Assembly: GCF_006345805.1 (NCBI RefSeq)
Contig: NC_043018.1
Coordinates: 8,680,001-8,744,000, forward strand
DNA from: Octopus sinensis
Lineage: Eukaryota
Direction: 5' to 3'
Length of the DNA: 64,000 nt
Shown: in pieces, positions 38,022-50,112 of the stretch
Layout: every line of letters begins with the position of its first letter
How positions within the stretch are numbered: position 1 is the stretch's first letter
Notes under the pieces: model-generated
Seen by the model: only the letters and a program-made list of their open reading frames with translations
What the model was told of the DNA's origin: nothing
Database searches by the model: none
Position numbers and translations under genes: made by a program

Positions 38022-41000
38022 GTAAGTGGTTTTTAATCTACCCTTTTTTTTTCGTTATTTAAATGGTTGTCTTGCCTGATCAGCTTAGGTGATTGTCTTT
38101 GGCCCATTGCATCCCAGCATAGCATCACTGATTTTTGCTTTCAGTATTAGCATAGTGTTCTCTGACTTAACAGCCTGGAACAAACTACACTCTGGCAGTC
38201 GACTCAATCTTTTCAGATAGAGTTGGTGATCGACAGAATTAGTTTAGTTCTACGGACTTAGCCTGGTGTACTTACTTTATTATTATTATTATTTTTTTTT
38301 TGTGAATGCAAACTACCAACTAGCCTTTCTACTAAAATGTTAAGTCTATCAATTTCTCAAAAATAAATTGTTAGTGCTTCTTCCTAGCTGAAGACGGTTG
38401 AACTGATATTAAGTGATTCAAAGATCAAATTATTTCTCTAGGATTTCAGGACTCTTTAAATAAAAAAAAAAAATAAAAAAATTCTCAAGTAAATAAAACT
38501 TAAATTTTGGTAAATTCTTCAGTGGAATTTCCACTTCAAATTTCAAAACAACTGATTGCAAAGTTTATTGATCATATATCGTAGCAAGATTTCCAAAAAA
38601 AAAAAAAAAATTCTTGTACTATCCTGCAACTTCCTTTCAAGTTAAATAGTTTTCTAAATGTTGTTAGTATGAAGTTGGTAGTATTTGTGGCATCATTTGG
38701 TAGAATTAGTGTTTCATTATAGCCATATCCTTAGTACTTCCATCATCTATGGACCTGTGTGTATGTGTGTATGTATGTCTATAGTTGCACCTATATTTTC
38801 AAACTTAGTCACATTAGTATTGTCTCTACTGTGAAACAAAATTAGCTTCCTTTATCAGATTTTGTTTACAGGTTCACAAATTTTGGAAGGAAACAAAACC
38901 ATTCCAACAAAAAAGGCTGAAATAGTGAAGTAGCAATCAATATTTTAAATTGTTATTTCACAACATTAACATTTAAGTAATGGCTACTTCATCTCAACCA
39001 AACTGCTCATTTTTATTATTATTATTTTCGAAGCTGCATTAGCCTAAATTTTTAGGCTTTTCTTTATATTTTGTTGTGATTTTAATTTTGTTTTCTTTTC
39101 AGTGAAGTTGCAATTGTTTTTATTCAAATATTTTTTTTTTTTTTCCAAATTGCAAAATTTCTTTAAACGAATTTGTCTTTTTAACTGATTGCCTTTTTTT
39201 TTTCTTTACTTTTATCAATAAATCCTGCAGTTGATATCAGTGTTTCTTATTTTACTTTTATCTTCATCAGCAAAAATACAAAACAAAAAAAAGCCCCAGC
39301 TACAAATTGTTGCTATTTGTGTGTTTTTTTAGATTGTTATAGTCTACACAAATTTCTCTTTTATTTGCCACCAGTTTTCTTCTGATTTTTGGCTTTGATA
39401 TCAACATACGCTGTTATGAACTCCATCTTCTGAGATGAGATGAGCAATGATGTGTCTTTTTTTATAACGCTGACATTATTCAAATAATAATAATAATAAT
39501 GATAATAATAATAATAACAATAATAATAACGTTGTTGCCTTGTCTGTTTGCAAGTTCATAATTATGAGAAAAGCACCAACGCAAAATAACATGCCTCTCT
39601 TTATTTCATTGTTTCTTTTTTTCTCTGTGCATTAATATATATATATATAATGTGTGTGTGTGTATGCACATATGTGCGTGATGTATATCAATACGCTGTC
39701 TAGTTTTGCTTTGAACAAATGTAATTTTCCTTTGTGAATCTTAAACTCTGTATTGTTTTTGTTATTTCTCCCTCATATTTAGCCATGTATCTTCTCTATA
39801 GCAAGACCCCTATTCTTATCCCTCTATCATACTTTAGCACTCAACACTTTGCATAAAACCACCTCTCCCCTCTAAACTAAACTCCCTCCCCTCCCCACCA
39901 TACACACACTTAGTTAAGGGGTCTCTCCTTCCTCCTTGTTTTTTGTCTGTCTTGTGAGTTATGTGACAACCTCTTTAGTGCTGGCGGCATAAGAAACCCC
40001 CCAGTACACTGTAAAGTGGTTGTGTTTGGAAGGGCATCTAGTTGTGGAGACCATGCCAAAACTGACACAGGGGCTTAGTGCAGCCCTTTTGCTTGCCAGA
40101 TCCTGTTCAAACCAACCCCCCTTTGCCAGCATGGAAAAATGGATGTTAAATGATGACAACAGCGATGATGATGATGATGATATATGTGGCTTCTGTCGTT
40201 CAAGATTGATTGTGCATCTGCACATGTATGTGCAAGCCTTGAGCAAGTTTTTTTTCTGGAAGACAGGCATGCAGATCTTCCCTTTCCACAATATCGGTGT
40301 TCATCCCAAAATGTCATTGCTGTCTGAACAGTTGGAACCAGAAGGCATCTGGGCCCTGAGCCTTTAACAGTTCCGTTACTCCACTGGCCTGGATTGTTTA
40401 TCCTTTTGCTGGTTTTAATGAGGCACTGATGATGGTATTTTGTTTTAGACAATTCTTAGGAGATTAAAAGACAGTGTTGGACTCAGTGGGGTTGAGAGAA
40501 ATACTGTTTGGAATTCTGTGAAATGGTCGAATGGAGCTGGGTCTTCTGTTGCTGTGTGTTTATTGATTGTTGCTGTTGTTGTTTTTACAGGTGAGAACGA
40601 GAAACTCAGAATAGCAACTGAAGAGGGCAGTGGGACCCGAGCTTGGAATGCACACACACATACAAACCATACATACACCGATACAAAAAAAAAGTACACA
40701 TTCCCAATGCAAAGTGAAAGATTGAAATAAAAAATAGCCCAACAAATGTCTGTCTGTTTGTCCATCTATCCATCCATCAATAGATAGACAGACAGACATA
40801 TGAAATGTGTGTGTGGGTCATCATCATCGTTTAACGTCCGCTTTCCATGCTAGCATGGGTTGGACAATTTGAATAAGGACTGGCAAACCAGATGGCTGCA
40901 CCAGGCTCCAATCTGATCTGGCAGAGTTTCTACAGCTGGATGCCCTTCCTAATGCCAACCACTCCGAGATTGTGGTGGTTGGCATTAGGAAGGGCATCCA

Positions 41001-41980
41001 GCTAAAGAAACTCTGCCAGATCAGATTGGAGCCTGGTGCAGCCATCTGGTTTCGCCAGTCCTCATGAATTGAATTGTATGTGTGACTCTCCCTCCTTCTC
41101 TCTCACTTGTTCTCCTCTCTCCCTCCCTCCCTCTCATTGGTTCTCTTCTCTCTAACTGCCTTCCTTCTTCTTACACTATCAACATAAATTCTAAAGTTAT
41201 CCCCTCCCCCATTCACAAAACTTCATTTTTTCCAGGTATTCAACCGTTTAACCATCACATTATCAACTCTTCTAAAATGAAACACTATCATAAGTTTTCT
41301 TCAGGTGTATCTATATGTATCTATGTGCGTGCTTACATTTTAACGTTTCTAATCTGAGTAGTTTTTTTCCTGTCAACAAGTTATCCATTTGCTTCACACC
41401 TTCATAGACATGTGAAAATAAAAATTCCTTATTTGGAAAATTGGTAAGTGTTAGTGACAGGAAGAGCGTCTGACTATACAACAATCTCTCAGTAATGTAT
41501 CTATCTAACCCATACTGACATGGAAAAATGGATATAAACCAAATGAACAAATATATATTTTAACATCCACTTTTCCATGCTCATATGGATCAAATGGAAT
41601 TCATTCATGCAGAATTTCTACAGCCAGATGCCCTTCCTGTCATCAACCCTCACCTGTTTCCAAGTGAGGCAATATTTCTCTATGACGATTCATCTTTTCA
41701 CTGAAGATTGGAAATGAAGGACTCTGCTTGCATGACAGTGGCTCTCGTTTACAACTCTCATGCAATGTCAAGGCAATGTGATAGTAAAACACACACACAC
41801 ACACATGATGGGCTTCTTTCAGTTTCCATCTATGAAATCCACTTGCAAGGTTTTGGTTGGCCTGGAGCTATAGTAGAACGTACTTGCCCAAAGTGCCATG
41901 CAGTGGGACTGAACCTGGAACATGTGGTTGGAAAACAAACTTCTTACCATGCAACTACTCCTGCACCCTATACATATATA

Positions 41981-42283
41981 TGGAGGCGCAATGGCCCAGT
42001 GGTTAGGGCAGCGGACTCGCGGTCGGAGGATCGCGGTTTCGATTCCCAGACCGGGCGTTGTGAGTGTTTATTGAGCGAAAACACCCAAAGCTCCACGAGG
42101 CTCCGGCAGGGGGTGGTGGCGATCCCTGCTGTACTCTTTCGCCACAACTGTCCCTCACTCTTTCTTCTGTTGGCCTGCTCACTTAGCCAGTGGGGTGGTG
42201 TCATTTGAAGGCTTAGACAATGCGAAGCGCATTGTGACCAGCGGTGTGTAGCAACATCTGATGGCCTGGTCGGTCACGGTGAT
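41981..42283 (+). mobile_element. tRNA(Arg)-like SINE, tail type 2
   Basis: Same head as 13803, different 3' end, inserted in (TA)n. Confidence 0.75.
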
Positions 42284-42563
42284 ATATATATATATATATA
42301 TAAAAATAAATAAATATAATGAACCAGCACTCAGCGACAGCCCGATCCCTTCTCCATCGAGTGAACAAGGAAACTATTATAACAATTCCCTCTCCCCTTA
42401 GGATGGATGTATTTATGTAAAAAAGGAAAGCAAAGCAAATCTTGCTTAAGCTGACGATGTTTCAGGGTTTTTTTTTTTTTTTTTTTTCTATACATATTCT
42501 GCTGGTTGTTGGTTTTTCACAAATCGTCTCTGCTCTACATATGATGCTTTCTTTCTATTTCAG

Positions 42564-42700
42564 CCTCCGATTGACATTGGCATCACAGATGCTGGGCCAC
42601 TCACGCGGTCTCTCCTTAAATTCTTACACGATATGTCAAATTCTTCTTCAAACAATTCTGTCATCCATCCTGACACCCTTTTTGGCCAGATTTGTAAAAA
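42564..42700 (+). CDS. USP16/USP45: USP16/45 exon 9 (PPIDIGITDAGPLTRSLLKFLHDM...PDTLFGQICKK)
   Basis: ttctatttcag acceptor, AA|gtgagt donor; GPLT..L..FL..M and P..LF.Q.CKK match USP16/45. Confidence 0.92.
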
Positions 42701-43808
42701 GTGAGTGAATTGTGTTTTTTTCCGTTTTATCATAATCATCATCATCATCATCATCATCATCATTTAACGTCCGCTTTCCATGCTGGCATGGGTTGGACGA
42801 TTTGACTGAGGACTGGCGAACCAGATGGCTGCACCAGGCTCCAATATGATCTGGCTGAGTTTCTACAGCTGGATGTCCTTCCTAACGCCAACCACTCTGA
42901 TAGTGTAGTGGGTGCTTTTATGTGCTACCGGCACGAGGGCCAGTCTGGTGGTACTGGCAATGACCACGCTCAAATGGTGTTTTTTACGTGCCACCTGCAC
43001 AGGAGTCGGTCCAGCGGCACTGGTAATGACCTCGCTCGAATGTTTTGTTCACATTTTTATTAATTTTGTTGGTGATTTGCTGTACTTGAGAAGACACGTC
43101 AAGCTAGGTAAAATTGCAGTATTCCGTCCATACAGATTTGTCCTTTACAGGTGTTAGTGTCTCATAAAATGTGCTCGTACAGGTGCTGCATAAATACACC
43201 CATGCCACTGGCACTTGAAAAGCACCCAGCGCTCTCTGTAAAGTGGTTGGCATCAGGAAGTGCATCCAGTCATAGAAAACATGTCAATACGGACAACTGG
43301 TGTGTGGACAGTTCCCCAGCTGGCCAGATCCTCTCAAACCATCCAGCATGGAAAATGGACATTAAATGATGATGATTTACTCCCCAATCACATATTGCCC
43401 TCAAGCTTTGGCATAAGGCCAGCAATTTCAGGGGAAGGCTAGGTTAATTAGATTGACCCTAGTGCTCAACTGGTACTTATTTTATTAACTCCAAAAGGAC
43501 AAGAGACAAAGTTGACCTCAGCAGAATTTGAACTCAGAATGTAAAGACACACAAAGTACCACCAAGCATTTTGCCCAGTATGGTAGGGATTCTGCTAGCT
43601 CACCACCTTATTGATCACATGTTAGCATCTTCTTTCTTTCCCTTTTATGGAACCTGTCATAGTTTTAATATTGAATTCGGTAATAGCCTAACTTGGCCAA
43701 ATTTAGTAGCATTAACTGGTACCTCAGTAGTTTTAGCTAAGTTCAGTTTGTTGTAAGAATTTGGATCAGGGTTCTACATTTTTGCTGCAGATCTTGACCT
43801 AGAGATGT

Positions 43809-44037
43809 TTAACCCTTTCGTTACCAACCCGGCTGGAACCAGCTCTGGCTCTGTTGTACAAATGTCTTGTTTTCTTAAGGTTTTAATTAAAATCTTCCAC
43901 CAAACCCTAATCACAATTTATGTTCCTAACACTAGCTGAATGATAACTAAGTTATTTTACTAAATTCTTTGTTATATTTAAAGCAACTGAAAAAAACACA
44001 GAGCATCTCAAAATAAATACAGTAACGAAAGGGTTAA
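43809..44037 (-). mobile_element. piggyBac-like MITE family A (reverse orientation)
   Basis: Perfect inverted ends ttaaccctttcgttac / gtaacgaaagggttaa. Confidence 0.82.
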
Positions 44038-45365
44038 ACTAGCCACTGGCTGCATCAATGTCAGTTGTCAGTAGAGAAGAGCTTGCTGATATAATGGGGG
44101 CCCTGCTCCCTTTCCTCACTAAATTATGTTTGGAAAAAAACGAAAGCTTTTCTTTTCTGCCTATCAGTCCAGGGTTGTAGACTTGGTACATCTGGTTTAA
44201 TAACATTCCTTGACGCTTAGGTGTCTTTAATGAAGTCCAGTCTGTTGTGGGATAGACTTGACCCTTTAGTATTTAAACAGGCCGTATCTGGCCCAAATAT
44301 TCTACCTCTTTTCTTTTGAAACCAGCCAGATCTTATCTGTCGCACCTACCCTACAATGCCATTCTAAATATAAATAACCACATCATTGAAATCTCAAAGC
44401 TACAAGATAATGCAGGATTAATTCAAAAACAAAGTGAATAAATAAGCCATTTGACATTTGAGAGAGGAATCTGAATGCATACGGTTAATAAGTTGCCTAC
44501 ATTAACACCACCACCTCACTTTTAGCTGCCTTTACAGGAGTTTACTATTGCAAACATTCAGGTCAGCTCTCTGTTTTGAGGATAATTTCTTCCTTTTTTT
44601 CACCCCTAGTCTTGGTGGCCCTTCCCCCTTTGCTAACAGATAGAACACTACTTACTTTCACTTTCGCTTTGTCCATTTTGTTAAATTTCAGAATGCTAAT
44701 ATATAACATGCTGTTGTTGTTGTTGAGGCTTACATTCAAGTTAACTCTGAGCAAAGGCATTCCAGCTGTGACCATCCCATCTTTTTTAAGACTTAATTAC
44801 CAAATGTTTCGTTTCCTTATTTAAACCAACCATATCCAGCCCAAATATTCTACTTGTTTTATTTTAAAACTGGCCAAGTTCAACCTTTTGTAGCAACCCT
44901 ACAGTGTCATTCAAAAAATAAGCAACCCCATCATTAAAATCTTGAAGCTATGAGATAATGCCTGATTATTTTCAAATGATGATGATGATGGAGAATAAGC
45001 ATTACATTTGACAGAGTATCATCATCATCATCATCATTTAACATCCGTTCTCCATGCTGGCATGGGTTGGATGGTTTGATCAGAACTGGTGAGGCCGGGG
45101 ACTGCACCAAGCTCCATTGTCTGTTCTGGCTTGGTTTCTACAGCTGGATGCCCTTCCCAATGCCAACCACTCCATAGAGTGTACTGGGTGCTTTTTATGT
45201 GGGTAAAGACTGTAGGCTGTGATTTTAGGGAGCTTTGGTGTCCTTCTCAGTATAACAACATGCAAGACTAATAGGAAATCCAAATTTTTGTAGAACACTC
45301 CCCTCTTCTACCAGACTTCTGTTTCTTTTTATTTACTGAGGAATTCTTCATCTTTCACCTGACAG

Positions 45366-45453
45366 AGCTCCACGTTTCAAAGGCTTCCAACAACAAGACA
45401 GCCATGAGTTGCTTCACACTCTTTTAGACGTTATGAGAACTGAAGAAATAGAG
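45366..45453 (+). CDS. USP16/USP45: USP16/45 exon 10 (APRFKGFQQQDSHELLHTLLDVMRTEEIE)
   Basis: cacctgacag acceptor, GAG|gtaagt donor, QQQD box. Confidence 0.94.
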
Positions 45454-46285
45454 GTAAGTTCCGTGCTTTCTGATTCCGTTTTCTATCTTTCAGTTGAACT
45501 CCCATTTTGGCCCTTAAGCATTTAAACTGGCCACATTCAGCCCAAGCATTCCACCTGTTTTATGTTCAAACCAGCCAGATCTGACATCTCTCACCAACTC
45601 CAAAATGTCATTCTAAAGTATGGTACCTTGGGCAAGTGCCTTCTATTATAGCCTCAGGCTGACCAAAGCCTTCTGAGTGGATTTGGTAGATGAAAACTGA
45701 AAGAAGGCCATCGTATATATAACACACCCACACACTCATCAATGTGTGTGTCTTTGTGTCTGTGTTTGTCCCCCACCACTGCTTGACAACCAGTGCTGGT
45801 GTGTTTATGTCCCCCATAACCTTGTGGTTCAGCAAACGAGATCGATAGAATAAGTACCAGGCTTTAAAAAGCTAAGTCCTGGGGTCAATATGTTCCACTA
45901 AAAAAATCATCAAGGTGGTGCTCCAGCATGGCCTCAGACAAATGACTGAAACATATAAAGGAATTAAAGAATATCATTGAAATCTCAAAACTGTCAAATA
46001 ATTCATCTTTAATTCAACACAATGGGAATACATAAGCATTACATTCGACAGTACCTTGGACAAGTATCTTCCATGCCAATCAGAACCTTTTCAGTGGATT
46101 TGGTAGGCAGAAACTGAAATGAGCTTGTTATAATGCTAAAGGGTTAATTAAAACATTTTCCTGTGGTCTTCATCAATTAACCTTCCAATCTTCTCGACTC
46201 ACTCTTTCATTTCCTTATTCACTAACGTCATCACATATGTTGCTGTTGTTTATCTCAATTCTAATATATTTATCCATTTATCTAG

Positions 46286-46364
46286 CGTGCTCACATGGGT
46301 ATCAAGCATTATTTTAAGGTGAATCTAAATAAAATTAACAACAAAACACACAGTAAAATTAAAG
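46286..46364 (+). CDS. USP16/USP45: USP16/45 exon 11 (RAHMGIKHYFKVNLNKINNKTHSKIK)
   Basis: ccatttatctag acceptor, AAG|gtaagc donor; phase 0 to 1 is needed to join exons 10 and 12. Confidence 0.85.
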
Positions 46365-46893
46365 GTAAGCCATGTCTTAATTTCATTTTTCTCTTTTTTT
46401 CCCATTTTTTCTTTAATAGTTTTCATTAGACATAGAAAACAGAAAATTGTTTCTTTTTTTTTTAATGATTTCTTCTCCTTTTTTTACTCCAATATAGTGG
46501 CTTCATGTGATTCTCTGTCTATAATATCTGTATGTTCTTCTAGTTGGATGTTTCAGAGAATCACAATGGCCCACAACAAAAAGACTCATGTGGTTGCATG
46601 GTCTGCTAGAAATAGTTGCCAAGTCTTCCTAAAAATCACATCCTACCTTCTTCAAAAAAAAAAAAAAAAACAAACAAACAAAAAGGATGACAATAATAAT
46701 GTCCTCATTTATATTGTCCTAAATATACTAAGACTGGATGGTCATCACTGGGATGCCTTTATGTTGGTCTCCTGGATCAGAGCTGAACTGGGTTAAAGAA
46801 TACTACTGAGATGTTTGCTTAGCAAATGGCAATACCGTCTCCCTTTGAAGTGGCATCTTGAAATCCTGAGATATTTTTGTTGTTCGTGATGAC

Positions 46894-47122
46894 TTAACCC
46901 TTTCGTTACTGTATTTACTTTGAGATGCTCTGTGTTTCTTTCAATTATTTTAAATATAACAAAGAATTTAGTAAAATATCTTCGTTATCATTAATCTAGT
47001 GTTAGGAACATTAATTGTGATTAAGGTTTGGTGAAAGAGTTTAATTCAAAACTTATGAAAACAAGACATTTGTACTACAGAGCCAGAGCCAGTTTTGGCC
47101 AGGTTAGTAACAAAAGGGTTAA
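46894..47122 (+). mobile_element. piggyBac-like MITE family A
   Basis: ttaaccctttcgttac ... gtaacaaaagggttaa. Confidence 0.8.
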
Positions 47123-47310
47123 GTGACTTAAGTAAAATCTTTCTCTCTTTCTTTCTTTCTCCCTCCCTCCTTCCTTCCTTTCCCTCTCTTCTGTTTCTCC
47201 TTGCTTCTTGCCCCCCTCTCTCTCACACATATTCTACCGTTGTTTTTTCCCCGGCCCCTAAATGACATTCTTTCACATTATCTTCATTTTTTCCCTCTTG
47301 TTTTCTGCAG

Positions 47311-47399
47311 AGTATTGCCGCCAAGCAAAGTACACCTTTATCGATCGTCTGTTTGGAGGCCACCTAATCAGCACTGTCTCATGTGGCGTCTGCCAACAT
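47311..47399 (+). CDS. USP16/USP45: USP16/45 exon 12 (EYCRQAKYTFIDRLFGGHLISTVSCGVCQH)
   Basis: ttttctgcag acceptor, CAT|gtaagt donor, FIDRLFGG plus CxxC of the fingers subdomain. Confidence 0.94.
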
Positions 47400-47915
47400 G
47401 TAAGTCTTTCAACTTTCTATTCCCACTCAATTTTCTACTCTTCATCTCCCACCCTAACATGGTGTGTTTTTGTATTCCGACTCCTTTGACTCTAACAATA
47501 TGTCTCAAAGACTCAAGCAATATGATGACAAAACCTAGCATTTTCTAAACAGTGGTGGATTAAGTTCTACAAAGATGAATGAAAGATGATTCTTAATTCT
47601 GAATAAAATAGGCGCAGGAGTGGCTGTGTGGTAAGTAGCTTGCTTACCAACCACATGGTTCAGGGTTCATTCCCACTGCATGGCACCTTGGGTAAGTGTC
47701 TTCTACAGTAGGCTTGGGCCGACCAGAAGCCTTGTGGGTGGATTTGGTAGACGGAAACTGAAAGAAGCCTGTCGTATACATGTATATGTAGTTGCCAAGT
47801 CTTCCTTCATCTCTTTATGACAACTTTTAGGCCAAAACTTAGAACTGACTTCCTGCTATATGCATGTTGTTTTACATCTTTCTTTGTTGACGAAGGGAGA
47901 TTACTTGTACTTATA

Positions 47916-48285
47916 TCTCTATATATATAAACAGCAAAATGTCTGTCTGTGTGTGTGTATCCTTTATACAAATCCACAATTTTTCAGTTAGAGGGCTCGT
48001 ACTTTCTATGGTCATTCAAAACCGTCCAAGGGTGGTCGTGCACATCTTTACATTTCCCCAGTCACCCCGTAAGCCATTAAAAAAATCAATAGAAGTGACT
48101 TTTTGGTGAATTTTCTATCCAAAACCCAATCAAAATGCCTGAAACTTGATACGCCAATTGTATGCCAGCTAGCTGTATGTGATTGGTCAGAGATTTGGAC
48201 AGTACTCGCGTGTATGTGTGCACGCACACAGCTGTATATGCATGCACTAGCACTATGACCCGGCGTTGCCGGGTCATAGTGCTAG
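47916..48285 (+). mobile_element. Non-autonomous Helitron-like element, copy 2
   Basis: 5' a|TC, 3' hairpin cactatgacccggc-gtt-gccgggtcatagtg then CTAG|t. Confidence 0.78.
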
Positions 48286-48609
48286 TGTAATTATAATTGA
48301 ATTTAGTAAAATAAACGAGAACCAAACAAAAATATCTTTGGAATTAATTCTTTGACACTTCTCCACAACTTGTATTTGATGACGTTTGTCATTTTACCAA
48401 CTGCAAGTAGTGAAAGAAATTAGTTTTAAATGAAAAACACTCACATGTCACTTACAACATGTTAGGTTAATTTAAATATATTATCTCTGGGGGGGGGGGA
48501 ATATATCATCAAGAACAGAAGAAGATATCCAACAAACCATACATTTGTATCTTTTACTTTCTCTTCTTTTCCTGCCTTAATGAATCCCCATTTTGTTTTT
48601 GTCTTTCAG

Positions 48610-48666
48610 ATGTCTCAAATATTTGAACCATTTCTGGATCTTTCTCTGCCTGTGATTGAAGAAAAG
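48610..48666 (+). CDS. USP16/USP45: USP16/45 exon 13 (MSQIFEPFLDLSLPVIEEK)
   Basis: gtctttcag acceptor, AAG|gtaagt donor, EPFLDLSLP motif. Confidence 0.94.
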
Positions 48667-48682
48667 GTAAGTAGTCTGTCTG

Positions 48683-48763
<81 letters not shown>

Positions 48764-48851
48764 AACCCACTCTCATGTGAACTAATATCTCTGTTAAATT
48801 CAGAAAAAATTTCTGCAAGAACTAATCAATGCTTTATTGATCTATTTTTAG

Positions 48852-49001
48852 CCTCTTCGACCAAACCTGTCAGTTGGAACTAAGAAGAAGGATTCTGCAA
48901 ATGGTTATTCTCATGAAACGGCACCAGTAGTGGAGAATGTTGCCAAGCCTATGAGTAAATATGCTGAACGCAAGTTGAAGAGACAGACCAAGAAAGAAAA
49001 G
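48852..49001 (+). CDS. USP16/USP45: USP16/45 exon 14 (PLRPNLSVGTKKK...SKYAERKLKRQTKKEK)
   Basis: tatttttag acceptor, AAG|gtaagt donor, phase 0-0, basic segment like the start of the USP16/45 insertion. Confidence 0.88.
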
Positions 49002-49774
49002 GTAAGTTTGCTGTTGTGACAATCCAGCTGTGACCATCCTGTCTTATAGGGGTTGTGTAATGCTACATTATTTAGTGTGTGTGTGTGTGTTTTATTTTGA
49101 AGACAATAATGTGATGCGAGAGAGATTTGGCCATTATTTTAGTAGGTTGAATGAGGAATCATGCAATGATTCTTTCATTAATTCAAGACATTTGTTGTTG
49201 TTTAGCCCAGGTTAGCCCTCTGTGGAGAGAACTATTATTAGAAACACTCCAATTGTGACCCTCTCATTTATTTTTGAAATGGTATTTGGAGGGTAACATT
49301 AATCAATGGCATTTTTTTTTCATAAGACAAGATGTAAATTGAAGGAGATTTGGTTGCTATTTCTAGCTTCAGTTACTGTGTATGTTCCATTGTCACAGAT
49401 AAGCCCAAGACCACTCTGATTGGGCAGATCTGTCAGCAAAACTATTCCAGCCATAACCATTCCATGTTTTTCAGGCATTGTGTACCCTGGACTGCATTAT
49501 CTAATGTGTCTGTTTAAGATGGTTGAGTGGTGGAGTATGATTTGAGGATAGTTTGGCTGCTATCTCTAGAAAGTTGAATGACCACATAGCAGCTTCCATA
49601 TTAGATCTGATGATAATAACTGTGCCCTGACAGCCTTGAAATAAAATGGTCTGGGTAGGGGTTCGTGGCTGTGTAGTAAGATGCTTGCTTCTCAACCAGA
49701 AGGTTCTAGGTTCAGTCCTAGAACTGGCACGTGGTGTGATGTGACACAGGTAGTCTCAGTGTCTCCGGTTAAAG

Positions 49775-50112
49775 ATGCTTAATCCTTTCCCTTGTGCCCC
49801 CAGCTCCAGCTGTTATCTCTCTCTAATGTCCCCTGTTAGAGATGTTTAAGCCCCCTTCCTTGATGTCCCCATCTGTTGATGCTTAATCCCTTCACTGTCT
49901 GCAGTTTTAGTCATTTATCCCCTCCCCCTCTCAATGCCCCCAGTTATTAATGTTTAACCTCATCCCCCAATGTCCCCAGCTCTGGCTGTTATCTCTCCCC
50001 AGTTAGAGATGTTTAACCCCCTTCCTTGATGCCCCCTCCCCACCTGTTGATTCTTAAACTCTTCATTGTCCCCAGTTAAACATTTACCCCCTACCCCAGT
50101 GTCCCCAGTTAT
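49775..50112. repeat. Degenerate C-rich minisatellite (tgtccccagtt...gatgtttaacccc)
   Basis: Recurring ~35-bp unit with higher-order duplication. Confidence 0.6.

Noticed and set aside
38197-38233. Small hairpin gactcaatct-tttc-agatagagtt
   Set aside because: Too short for a pre-miRNA and does not match the histone stem-loop consensus or context.
41981-42055. tRNA-like sequence
   Set aside because: Continues into a SINE body with no proper acceptor stem or Pol III terminator; a SINE head, not a tRNA gene.
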